DNA of 64,000 bases from Pedosphaera sp. (GTDB taxonomy: Bacteria; Verrucomicrobiota; Verrucomicrobiia; Limisphaerales; SIBH01). Under the pieces are notes generated by a model. That model did no database searches, was not told the origin of the DNA, and saw only the letters and a program-made list of their open reading frames with translations. Position 1 is the first letter of the stretch. Every line of letters begins with the position of its first letter. The DNA lies in the NCBI GenBank assembly GCA_031414955.1, contig JANOQV010000067.1, forward strand, positions 1-64,000, written 5' to 3'. The translations under genes and the position numbers were made by a program. Positions 37,701 through 45,734 of this stretch are shown one piece after another.

Positions 37701-38159
37701 GTGGAGAGCCTCGAGGCGGCGGGCGCATTCTACGTCACGCTGCGGGGCGATTACGACGCGGCCGAGGGCCGCGACGAGGCGCTGGCGGAAGCGGCCTCGG
37801 CCCGGCGCGCGGCCTACAAGCATCGCGGGCGTTTTCTCGCCGACCTGCTGCCCAGTTTCGATTCCACGGCCGGGCCGGGCGGTTCCGGGGATCAGTTCAG
37901 TTTCCGCCTGAAGAAAGATGGCGGGATCTATTCCAATTCGACCGACCCGGTCGCGCCTTTGGAATTCAAAGCCCTGTTGGACGGGGTCGAGCAGCAACTC
38001 GTCGCCATGGGCAATGCCATCTTCACGGGCGACATCAGCGTGAATCCCTATCGACATGGCAGCAAGACGCCGTGCGATTACTGCGACTATGCGGCGGTCT
38101 GCCGCATTGACCACTGGACGCATGAGTTTCGCGCCCTGCCGCCATGGAGGAACGAATGA
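34800..38159 (+). CDS. addB: ATP-dependent helicase/nuclease subunit B
   Basis: GPAGTGKT, VDRVD and DYKSS nuclease motifs, Fe-S cysteines (FAAC ... CDYCDYAAVC); start 34800 or 34827. Confidence 0.9.
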   Translation: MNELRENSAVQIRFLLGPAGTGKTFRCLAEVRAELKGDPAGAPLLFLAPKQATFQIERQLLADPELPGYTRLHILSFERLADHILDALGRPPPRLLDDEGRVMVLRALLTEHHARLELFRASARLPGFAQQLSTLLRELQRARLGPDAVAVAARGLGETPLARKLRDVALIFREYLAWLDREKLEDADRLLELAARALEEQGARSGPKALFGGLWLDGFAEMTEQELSLLRQVLPWTAGATLAFCCEPEALAPREEFSPWSVIAQTARRCLHALEPLVPNLRPEALPRAAPHHRFSESSELAHLERHWTSATPRAGATKPESVRVVRAATPEEEVVFAAREILRHVQAGGRYRETAVLVRRLQAYQDILRRVFTRYGIPHFIDQRESIAHHPLAELTRYAVRTLAFGWKQEDWFGLLKSGLVGVPDLEIDWLENEALARGWEGHAWLEPIRLENDPSLGERLESLRRQAIGPVRAFHFSLTGDGGSHRSNGTELAAALRRLWQAYRVSDQLDEWARESSGSAIHATVWEQMERWLQTIALGFARQPLPLREWLPIIEAGLAGLTVGVIPPVLDEVLVGSIDRSRNPDLQLALVLGVNEGVFPAPPAEPVLLTEMERAQIEGPLRLGGGVRQQLAHERFYGYIAFTRARRKLVVLFSDADRLGRKHNPSVFVAHLQRLFPALAVESAAEDQEPLHLSEWTVPLLRADAAGDPAAGTWLAAPAFAPVRALAERLRARGRDQLSPPVVARLYPARLLTSVSRLEEFAACRFRFFVKVGLRARERLRYEVDVRHRGTFQHEVLKAFHEAVMVRPGSWRKIEPGPARILIRDLAVEMQPKFNDGVLVATERDRVESGNLISALEDFIETIIGWMRSYEFEPRAVELRFGPEGPLPPWELPLDGGRTLAFTGSVDRVDLLVDPATRRARVVVMDYKSSARTVDERQLAGGVQLQLFAYLAALRRLPEAARHFQVESLEAAGAFYVTLRGDYDAAEGRDEALAEAASARRAAYKHRGRFLADLLPSFDSTAGPGGSGDQFSFRLKKDGGIYSNSTDPVAPLEFKALLDGVEQQLVAMGNAIFTGDISVNPYRHGSKTPCDYCDYAAVCRIDHWTHEFRALPPWRNE

Positions 38160-41100
38160 CGACGACGGACGCACAACGGCAGGCGGTCGAGGCAGGCGGC
38201 AACGTGCTGGTGGCGGCGGGCGCGGGCGCGGGCAAGACCAGCACGCTGGTGGCGCGGGTGCTGCGGTTGCTGGGCGAAGGCGTTTCGCTGCAAAACATCC
38301 TGATGGTGACGTTCACCGAGGCGGCCGCGGCGGAGATGCGGGGGCGAATTCGCAAGGCGTTAGAAGATGCGCGGAGCGCGGAGTGCGAAACGCGGAAGGA
38401 CGAAACTGGTTCCGCGTTGGAGGAGCAGATCGCGCTCCTGGACACGGCGCCCATTTCCACGCTGCACGGCTTCTGCCTGCAACTGGTGCGCCGGAATTTC
38501 CACCAGTTGGATCTCGATCCGCAACTCAGCGTGCTCGACGAGGCCCAGGGCGCGGTGCTGCTGGAGGAGACGCTGGATGAACTGCTGCGCCACCACTACT
38601 CGGGCGAAGGCGCGCTGGGCGGAGCCTTGGAGGAATTGATTCTGACCCACGCCGGCGGGCGCGAGGAGCCGGCGCGCGAACTGGTGCTCAAGATTCATCG
38701 TTACACTCAGACCCTGCCCAATCCCGGGGCGTGGCTTGATGCGCAGTTGAGTGTCTTCCGCGCACGCGAGCCGGGGGCGTGGCGGGTGTGGCTGCTGGAG
38801 GCACTGCACCAGTGGCGCGTGGAATGGCCGGGGCGGTTGCGGGCCCAACCGGTGGAAAACAAATCCGCGCGGGAGATCGCCGGGGTCATCGAGTCGCTCG
38901 GCGCGGGTTCGTCGCGCGAGGACTTCGCAACGGTGCTGGAGAAAATTCCGGCGGCCAAAGACTTGAAGCCCGCGCAGCGACATCCGGCTGATTTTTTCGA
39001 GGAGACCAAATTCCTCCGCGAACTGACCCTGGTTGGCGAGAAGGGCGATCCGCTGGCCCAGGACTGGGACTGGTCGCGGGCCGGCATGGAGACGCTGCTG
39101 CTGCTGGCGCGCGAATTCGCCGCGCGCTTCGCCGCCGCGAAGCGCGAGCAGGCCGCGCTGGATTTCAACGATCTCGAACAGTTCGCGCTGCGGCTGCTCT
39201 GGGATGGAACTGCGGACGCACCCACCGCGCTGGGCCGCGCGTGCCGCGAGTCGTTCGAGCATGTGTTCGTGGACGAGTGCCAGGACATCAACGCCGTTCA
39301 GGACGCGATCATTCGCGCCGTGAGCCGCACCGCTCCAGGCAACCGCTTCCTGGTCGGCGATGTGAAGCAGAGCATCTACCGCTTCCGCCTCGCCGACCCG
39401 CGCATCTTCCAGAATTACACGGCCGTCTGGCGGGATGGGGCGGGGGCGCGGGTCATCGAACTAAGCGACAATTTCCGCAGCCGCGAGGCGTTGCTGGATT
39501 TCTTCAACGCCGTCTTCGCCGACCTGATGCGGCCCGAAGTCGGGCGTGTGCAGTTTGACGAGGCGGCCCGATTGCAATTTGGAGCGCGGGAGCAACGGCG
39601 GGCACTGTCCTTGTCGGAGAGCCCCGGCCCGCGCGTGCATCTGCATCTGCGGCTGACGGAAAAGGCAGACGAGCCAGCGTTGGAAGGTGGCGCGGACGTG
39701 GCGGAGTTGACCGACGCCGAGCACGAGGCCCGCCTGGTGGCCCATCGACTGCGCGAGTTGCGTGGACAGGGGCATTTGGTGGCCAAGGCCCAGGGACTGG
39801 TGCCGGTGGATTGGGGCGACATGGCGGTGCTGTTGCGCGCACCCGGGGCCAAGGCGGAAATTTACGCGCGTGAATTCGCCCGGCAGAATATTCCGCTGGA
39901 AGTCGCATCTGGAAATTTCTTCGATGCGCTCGAAGTCGCGGACCTGCTCAACGTGCTCCTGCTCCTGGACAACCCGCTCCAGGACGTGCCCTTGCTGGCC
40001 GTGCTGCATTCACCGCTGGTTGGATTGACGGCGGACGATCTGGCCACGATTCGGCTCGCCCAGCGCGGTGGTTATTTCTGGACGGCGCTGAACGCCTTCC
40101 ACGCCGCCGGCCGGGCTGAACCAGCGTGGCCGAAGGTCGAACAATTCCTCGAACGGTTTGCCCGCTGGCGGAGCATGGGCCGCGATTCCTCCATCGGCCA
40201 GCGGCTGGAGACGATCCTGGCCGAAACGCATTATCAGGAATGGCTCGCGGCCTCGGCGGCGAATCCGCAGCGGGCCGCGCAACGGGAATTCAATGTGCGC
40301 CGCCTGCTCACGCTGGCACGGCGCTTCGATCCATTCCAGCGCCAGGGCGTGCCGCGCTTCCTGCGTTTCGTCGAAGCCCAGCGCGCGGTGGTGGCGCGCG
40401 AGCCGCTGGCGGGCAGTGGCCGCGCGGTGCAGTTGTTCAGCATCCACCGCAGCAAGGGCCTGGAGTATCCCGTCGTGGTGGTGCCGGACCTGGGCAAGCG
40501 ATTCCACCTCGACGATCTGCGGGCGGATGTTCTGCTCCATGAGCGTTTCGGCCCGTGCCCGCGCATCAAGCCACCGCACACCGGGCAGCGCTACCCGAGC
40601 CTCACGCACTGGCTTTACACCCGCGACGAGCGCCGCGAACTGCTGGGCGAGGAGATGCGTTTGCTCTACGTGGCGCTGACCCGCGCGCGCGACACGCTGC
40701 TCCTCGTGGGCACCGCGACCCGCAAGCGCGCCGGGGACAAGTGGGCCGAAGACAATTCTTCGCCGGCGAAATTGCTCGCGGCCGGCTCCATGCTGGACTG
40801 GCTGGGCCCGTGGTTCACGCGCCGGGCCGGTGCTGGGAACTGGCTCGATCTGCCTGCCGGAGCGAATGAGCTTTTCTCGTGGCGGGTTTACTCCGGGGAA
40901 GAGGCAACGGGATCGGATGCCGCGGGAGAAGCGCCGGCGTCCGCCGCTCCCGCATGGGCAAACCTCGCGCGTTCGTCGCCGGGCCTCGTGTGGAAGTATC
41001 CTTTTGAATCCGCGACCCGGGAAGCGGCGAAGACGTCCGTATCTGTTCTGCGTCGCAAACTGGCCGAAGCGGCTGAGGAGGCGCGCCCTTGGTGGCGCGT

Positions 41101-41674
41101 CCGGGCGGAGAAGGCGCGCCCGGTCGAGGGACTTTCGGCGGCGGACATCGGTACCGCGCACCACACTTTTCTGGAGTTCGCCGACTTGGCCCGGTTGCCC
41201 ACCGGTGCGGGAGTCGCGGCTGAGGCCGAGCGCCTCGTGGCCGCCGGCGTCCTGTCCGCCGAGGAGGCCGGGCAATTGAACCGCGCGGCCTTGGCGGGAT
41301 TCTGGAGTTCGCGCGAGGGAGCGCGCTTGCTTGGCGCCCTGCCGGATTTGCGACGCGAACTGCCCTTTACCGCGCGTCTGACCACGGCCCGCCTGGTCGA
41401 ACTGGGTTTGTCCGCAGACCCCTGGTCGTCGGAGGAATTTGTGGTCGTGCAAGGCGTCGTGGACCTGGCGGTGATTCGCCCCAAGGAAATCTGGATTGTT
41501 GATTTCAAGACCGACGACGTGGCCCGGGCCGCCCTCCCGGCCAGGGTCGAACTTTACACGCCGCAATTGCGCCTTTACGCCGCCTCCCTGGCGCTCATTT
41601 ACGCGAGACCAGTCACCTGGCTGGCGCTGCACTTCCTGAGTGCGGGTGAGACTTCGCCAATTTCCGTGAACTAA
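38156..41674 (+). CDS. addA: ATP-dependent helicase/nuclease subunit A
   Basis: AGAGAGKT, VDECQD, VGDVKQSIYRFR, SIHRSKGLEY, YVALTRA, C-terminal VDFKTD. Confidence 0.92.
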   Translation: MTTTDAQRQAVEAGGNVLVAAGAGAGKTSTLVARVLRLLGEGVSLQNILMVTFTEAAAAEMRGRIRKALEDARSAECETRKDETGSALEEQIALLDTAPISTLHGFCLQLVRRNFHQLDLDPQLSVLDEAQGAVLLEETLDELLRHHYSGEGALGGALEELILTHAGGREEPARELVLKIHRYTQTLPNPGAWLDAQLSVFRAREPGAWRVWLLEALHQWRVEWPGRLRAQPVENKSAREIAGVIESLGAGSSREDFATVLEKIPAAKDLKPAQRHPADFFEETKFLRELTLVGEKGDPLAQDWDWSRAGMETLLLLAREFAARFAAAKREQAALDFNDLEQFALRLLWDGTADAPTALGRACRESFEHVFVDECQDINAVQDAIIRAVSRTAPGNRFLVGDVKQSIYRFRLADPRIFQNYTAVWRDGAGARVIELSDNFRSREALLDFFNAVFADLMRPEVGRVQFDEAARLQFGAREQRRALSLSESPGPRVHLHLRLTEKADEPALEGGADVAELTDAEHEARLVAHRLRELRGQGHLVAKAQGLVPVDWGDMAVLLRAPGAKAEIYAREFARQNIPLEVASGNFFDALEVADLLNVLLLLDNPLQDVPLLAVLHSPLVGLTADDLATIRLAQRGGYFWTALNAFHAAGRAEPAWPKVEQFLERFARWRSMGRDSSIGQRLETILAETHYQEWLAASAANPQRAAQREFNVRRLLTLARRFDPFQRQGVPRFLRFVEAQRAVVAREPLAGSGRAVQLFSIHRSKGLEYPVVVVPDLGKRFHLDDLRADVLLHERFGPCPRIKPPHTGQRYPSLTHWLYTRDERRELLGEEMRLLYVALTRARDTLLLVGTATRKRAGDKWAEDNSSPAKLLAAGSMLDWLGPWFTRRAGAGNWLDLPAGANELFSWRVYSGEEATGSDAAGEAPASAAPAWANLARSSPGLVWKYPFESATREAAKTSVSVLRRKLAEAAEEARPWWRVRAEKARPVEGLSAADIGTAHHTFLEFADLARLPTGAGVAAEAERLVAAGVLSAEEAGQLNRAALAGFWSSREGARLLGALPDLRRELPFTARLTTARLVELGLSADPWSSEEFVVVQGVVDLAVIRPKEIWIVDFKTDDVARAALPARVELYTPQLRLYAASLALIYARPVTWLALHFLSAGETSPISVN

Positions 41675-41701
41675 TGTTGAATGCATTCCTCAAAATCCGC
41701 G

Positions 41702-41707
41702 TATAAT
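41702..41707 (+). promoter_or_regulatory. -10 box for the metal-binding/cus operon
   Basis: Perfect TATAAT 10 nt before ATG 41718, no Shine-Dalgarno. Confidence 0.55.
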
Positions 41708-41717
41708 CCCCACGAAG

Positions 41718-42011
41718 ATGAAACCAACATTGTTTTTGACCCTGGCCGCGATTCTGTTCGTCTTGAATTCCGGTTGCGTGGCGGCGGATCAGAAGCCGGC
41801 GGCGGCCAAAGCCAAGCCTTACCCCCTCAAAGTCTGCCTCGTTTCTGACGAGAAGTTTGGCGGCGACATGGGCGATCCGTATGTGTTTGTCCACGAAGGG
41901 CGTGAGGTGAAACTTTGCTGCAAGGGGTGCCTTGATGATTTCAAGAAGGACACGGCCAAGTTTGTGAAGAAGATGGAGGACGCCCAAGCCAAGGCAGCCC
42001 CGAAGAAGTAA
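41718..42011 (+). CDS. Exported YHS/TRASH-like metal-binding protein
   Basis: Signal peptide, YPLKVCLVS, KLCCKGCLDDF. Confidence 0.85.
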   Translation: MKPTLFLTLAAILFVLNSGCVAADQKPAAAKAKPYPLKVCLVSDEKFGGDMGDPYVFVHEGREVKLCCKGCLDDFKKDTAKFVKKMEDAQAKAAPKK

Positions 42012-42045
42012 GGAGCGCGGACCGCCGGGTCCGCGTGTTCGTGAA

Positions 42046-42417
42046 ATGAAGCGAACGAAAACAACGATGATGCTGATGGCCCGCTGGCTGGTGGTGCTGG
42101 CGGTGGGCTGGTTCGTTGCGGTAGGGCCAGTCTTCGCTTCGACTCAGCCCTCCAGTAAATCGGTCTGCACCGAGTCCTGCGCCCAGCATTGCCCATGCTG
42201 CATCTCCAAATCGACCCCGGCTGATTCGTCCGCGCCGCTCGCGCCCACGCCCTCGACGCGCCCGGCCGTCGCCCAGGACTTCCAACTCATCGCGGCCTGT
42301 CAGGCGCTTTGGTTGAAGGAGCTTGAAGCGCAAGTAACGGTTCCGCCGCACCTGTCTGTCCCCCATTTTTCCGCCTCCCTTGCTGTCTTCGTCCGCCACT
42401 GCACCTTTCTCATCTGA
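42046..42417 (+). CDS. Cys-rich leader-like protein upstream of the metal efflux genes
   Basis: Hydrophobic N-terminus, CTESCAQHCPCC, ends VFVRHCTFLI. Confidence 0.65.
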   Translation: MKRTKTTMMLMARWLVVLAVGWFVAVGPVFASTQPSSKSVCTESCAQHCPCCISKSTPADSSAPLAPTPSTRPAVAQDFQLIAACQALWLKELEAQVTVPPHLSVPHFSASLAVFVRHCTFLI

Positions 42418-42497
42418 GTCTTTTTGCATGACCCGCACGGAGTGTGCCCACGCGGCACGCTGCTTCCGCTCCATTCCTGTCCGGTCGGTCTGTGGTT

Positions 42498-43817
42498 ATG
42501 AAAAAAGTTTTCGTTCATTGTTCGTTGTTCGTTGTGCTGTGTCATCGCGCGCTGGCGGCTGAAGAAGCTGTCCCGGCCATCATCGTCACAGCGCAGTTCA
42601 TTGATGCGCTTGCCACCGAGGCGCGCACCAACCATCCCGCCTTGCGCGCGGCGGATTTGCGCGCTGATGCCGCGGGGTGGAATGCCGCCGGCATCCGCGC
42701 CTGGGAAGATCCGATGGCGAAGTTCGGCGTGATGGGCGCCGACCGCGCCAAACGCGCCGATGACGGCGATTTGATTTACGGGGTGGAACAGAAACTTCCG
42801 CTTTTCGGCAAAGCGCAGGCGCTGCGCGCCTTGGCCCAGGCCGAGGCCACGACGCAGCGGCATGAGGCGATGTTTCGGGGCGTGCAGTTGCGCCGGGACA
42901 TTCACCGGCAGGCGCTCAAGGTGGCCCTCGTCGAACGGACGGTGGAATTGGGACGCGATGATCTGGCCTCGCTGGAACTGCTCGTCGCCACCACCGAGGA
43001 CAAGTATCGTAACGGCTTCGCCACGCAGGTCGAGGTGCTTGCTTCACAGAACGAGCGAGCGCGCCGCGCCAACCTGTTGCGCACGGACGAGAATCTTCTT
43101 CAGTCCGGGAAGGCGTCGCTGGAGCGGTTGCTGAATCGCCGCACCAATTCCGTCTGGCCGAGATTTCTCCTGCCCGCCGCCGCCACGAATCTTCCGCCGG
43201 TCGATCTGATGGTCGCGCACGCCACTGCGATGGCGCCGCAACTGGACGTGATGCGCGGCTCGCTGCGGCAGGCTGAGCTGTCGGTAAAGCTGGCGCGCAA
43301 GCAGCGTCTGCCGGACGTGACCGTCGGGTTGGATGGCCGGCAGTACGCCGACACAGGCGAGTTTCGCGAAGGCGTGGTGAGCCTTGGCTTCTCGTTGCCG
43401 TGGGGCAATCGCTCGCGCTACGCCGCCGAGATCAAGCGTGAGCAACTCAAGGCGGAGGCGGCGCAACTGGAGATTGCCGACATGCAACTCGGGCTGCGCG
43501 AGGAAATTTTCCGGTTGGCCGCGCAAATCGAAAACGCCCGGCGCGAAGCCTTGCTCTATCGCGACGACATCATCCCGCGCACGGATCAAGCGGTGGACGC
43601 CGCACGCATCAACTGGCTGAACAACCGTGGCCCGCTGCGCGACGTGCTGGAGACGCGCCGGATGTGGATTGAAGGCCGCGTCATGGAAGCGCGCGCCCTG
43701 GCCGAGCAGCACGCCATGCTGGCCGAGCTTTCCCTGCACTGCGGCGTGGAGGATTTGAATCAACTCGCGGTGAAACGCACCGAATCAGCCCAGCCGTCGA
43801 AAGGAACGAAACCATGA
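42498..43817 (+). CDS. TolC/CusC-family outer membrane efflux protein
   Basis: Signal peptide, NHPALRAA, EQKLPLFGK, RLPDVTVG, SLPW. Confidence 0.88.
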   Translation: MKKVFVHCSLFVVLCHRALAAEEAVPAIIVTAQFIDALATEARTNHPALRAADLRADAAGWNAAGIRAWEDPMAKFGVMGADRAKRADDGDLIYGVEQKLPLFGKAQALRALAQAEATTQRHEAMFRGVQLRRDIHRQALKVALVERTVELGRDDLASLELLVATTEDKYRNGFATQVEVLASQNERARRANLLRTDENLLQSGKASLERLLNRRTNSVWPRFLLPAAATNLPPVDLMVAHATAMAPQLDVMRGSLRQAELSVKLARKQRLPDVTVGLDGRQYADTGEFREGVVSLGFSLPWGNRSRYAAEIKREQLKAEAAQLEIADMQLGLREEIFRLAAQIENARREALLYRDDIIPRTDQAVDAARINWLNNRGPLRDVLETRRMWIEGRVMEARALAEQHAMLAELSLHCGVEDLNQLAVKRTESAQPSKGTKP

Positions 43818-45595
43818 AAGCAAAATCTCTTATCGTCCTGATTACGGTTGGCGCGAGCGCCGCTGGCACGGGCTGGTTTGCCGCCAAACAATTCGGCGAC
43901 GCCAAACCCGCCGCGAGTTCCAGCACCAGGAGAATCCTCTACTACCAAAGCCCGATGCACCCGTGGATCACCTCCGACAAGGCGGGGCGCTGCACGATCT
44001 GCGGCATGAAGCTGGAGCCGGTCTTTGAAGGCGAGCGCGGCTTCGGCGGGATCGAGGGCGTGGTGATGCTCGGCTCGAACAGCGTCCAGGTGATTAACGT
44101 GCAGACCGAAGTGGTCACGAACCGTGTGCTCGCGCGCACGCTGAAGGTCGCTGGCGTGATCGAGGACGACGACACACGGCATCGCCGGATGTCGGCTTAC
44201 GCGGACGGGCGCATCGAGAAGTTGTTCGTGAATCATCTTGGAGCCGAAGTGGTTGAAGGCCAGCCGCTGGCCGTGCTCTACAGCCCGGCGCTGCTCGCGA
44301 CTGAGAGCGAGTATCTCACCCTGCTTCGACAAGTCTCGCCAGATGGCTTGTCCGCCACCGTGCGGCAGGAGCGCGCGCGGCTGGTCGAAGCCGCAGCCCA
44401 GCGGCTGAAACGGCTGGGTTATTCCGACGCGCAACTTGCCGCGCTGGCGAAGAAAGATGCCTCTGATGCACGCACGGAGATTCTCTCGTCCATGACCGGC
44501 ACGGTGGTGTTGCGCAACGTGTACGAGGGGCAGTACGTGAAGGAGGGCGAGCTGCTCTTTGAAATCGCTGACTTCGGCACCATGTGGTTTCAGTTCGATG
44601 CCTACGAACGTGACTTGGGCGGGTTGAACGCCGGCCAGGTTGTGGAAGTCACCAGCAGTTCCTTGCCTGGGAAAACTCTTTCGGCACCGATTAAATTCAT
44701 CGATCCAAATCTCAACGAGATGACGCGCAGCGCCAGGGTGCGCGTGGAACTGGAGAACCCGATGGTGGATGACGGCGGGCGCAAGCGCCGCCTGCTTTAC
44801 CATCGCCTCTTCGCCGAAGGGACCGTGAAGCTGCAATCGGCTGCGGTGCTGACGGTGCCGCGCAGCGCGGTGCTGTCCGCCGGGCAGCCGGTGGTCTATG
44901 TCGAGGCTGGTTCGGGAGCCTACGAGCAGCGCCCGGTGAAGCTCGGCCAGCGCGGCGATGATTATTGGGAAGTGCTCAGCGGAGTGCAGGCTGGCGAGCG
45001 TGTGGTGACGACCGGCAATCTGCTTATCGACGCCCAGGCGCAACTGAACGCCAGCACCATTTCCCTGCCTGGGTCTGGCCCGCTGGCGCCGGGGCAATCC
45101 TCCACCATGACGAACCAGGGGCTGATGAAACCCGCCCCTCCCGCAACGACTGAAACGCAGCTTGCCGTGGCCACGGAGTTCTTCACCGTGACCAGTGAGT
45201 TGGGAGCCGCGCTGGCTGCTGATTCGCTTCCGCTCTTCAACGAACGGGTGCCGCAGGTCCATGCCATGATTCCCAAGTTGATCGAGGCGTTTGGTGAAAC
45301 CAAGTCGCTGCGCCCGACGCTGGCGAAGTTCGAGCAGTCCGGCCATCTCGAAACGGCCAAAGACCTCACCCAGGCGCGCAAGGAATTTCTGCCTTTCAGC
45401 ATGGCGACGGCAGAACTGGCGGCGCAGTTGCGCACGCAGCCGGGTGCGCCAGCCGTGAAGATTTTCAACTGCCCGATGGTGAACCGCGCGGTGCCCGGCG
45501 CGGACAAGAACGGGCGCTGGGTGCAGATGGAAGGTCCGTTGCGTAATCCATACTTCGGCGCGCAGATGCTGGAGTGCGGGAGTGAAGTGAAATGA
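43814..45595 (+). CDS. cusB: CusB-like RND periplasmic adaptor with N-terminal metal-binding and C-terminal DUF3347-like domains
   Basis: YYQSPMHP...CTICGMKL, GRIEKL, YSPALL, CPM...NPYFGAQMLECG. Confidence 0.85.
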   Translation: MKAKSLIVLITVGASAAGTGWFAAKQFGDAKPAASSSTRRILYYQSPMHPWITSDKAGRCTICGMKLEPVFEGERGFGGIEGVVMLGSNSVQVINVQTEVVTNRVLARTLKVAGVIEDDDTRHRRMSAYADGRIEKLFVNHLGAEVVEGQPLAVLYSPALLATESEYLTLLRQVSPDGLSATVRQERARLVEAAAQRLKRLGYSDAQLAALAKKDASDARTEILSSMTGTVVLRNVYEGQYVKEGELLFEIADFGTMWFQFDAYERDLGGLNAGQVVEVTSSSLPGKTLSAPIKFIDPNLNEMTRSARVRVELENPMVDDGGRKRRLLYHRLFAEGTVKLQSAAVLTVPRSAVLSAGQPVVYVEAGSGAYEQRPVKLGQRGDDYWEVLSGVQAGERVVTTGNLLIDAQAQLNASTISLPGSGPLAPGQSSTMTNQGLMKPAPPATTETQLAVATEFFTVTSELGAALAADSLPLFNERVPQVHAMIPKLIEAFGETKSLRPTLAKFEQSGHLETAKDLTQARKEFLPFSMATAELAAQLRTQPGAPAVKIFNCPMVNRAVPGADKNGRWVQMEGPLRNPYFGAQMLECGSEVK

Positions 45596-45596
45596 A

Positions 45597-45730
45597 AACA
45601 CCAAGATCCAAGATCCAAGATCCAGAGAAACACCAAGCACCAAGATCCGATCGCGGAGCGGTCGCCGGTGGGCCGGTGGTGCTTGGATCTTGGAGCTTTT
45701 CTGGATCTTGGATCTTGGATCTTGGATCTT
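45597..45730. repeat. Inverted heptamer element (CCAAGAT)n / (ATCTTGG)n carrying mini-ORF 45592-45738
   Basis: ccaagat x3 at 45601 and gatcttg x3-4 at 45704-45730. Confidence 0.85.
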
Positions 45731-45734
45731 TCTT

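Noticed and set aside
45597..45730. Tandem repeats as a CRISPR array
   Set aside because: 7-bp units without unique spacers, arranged as inverted arms; no cas genes
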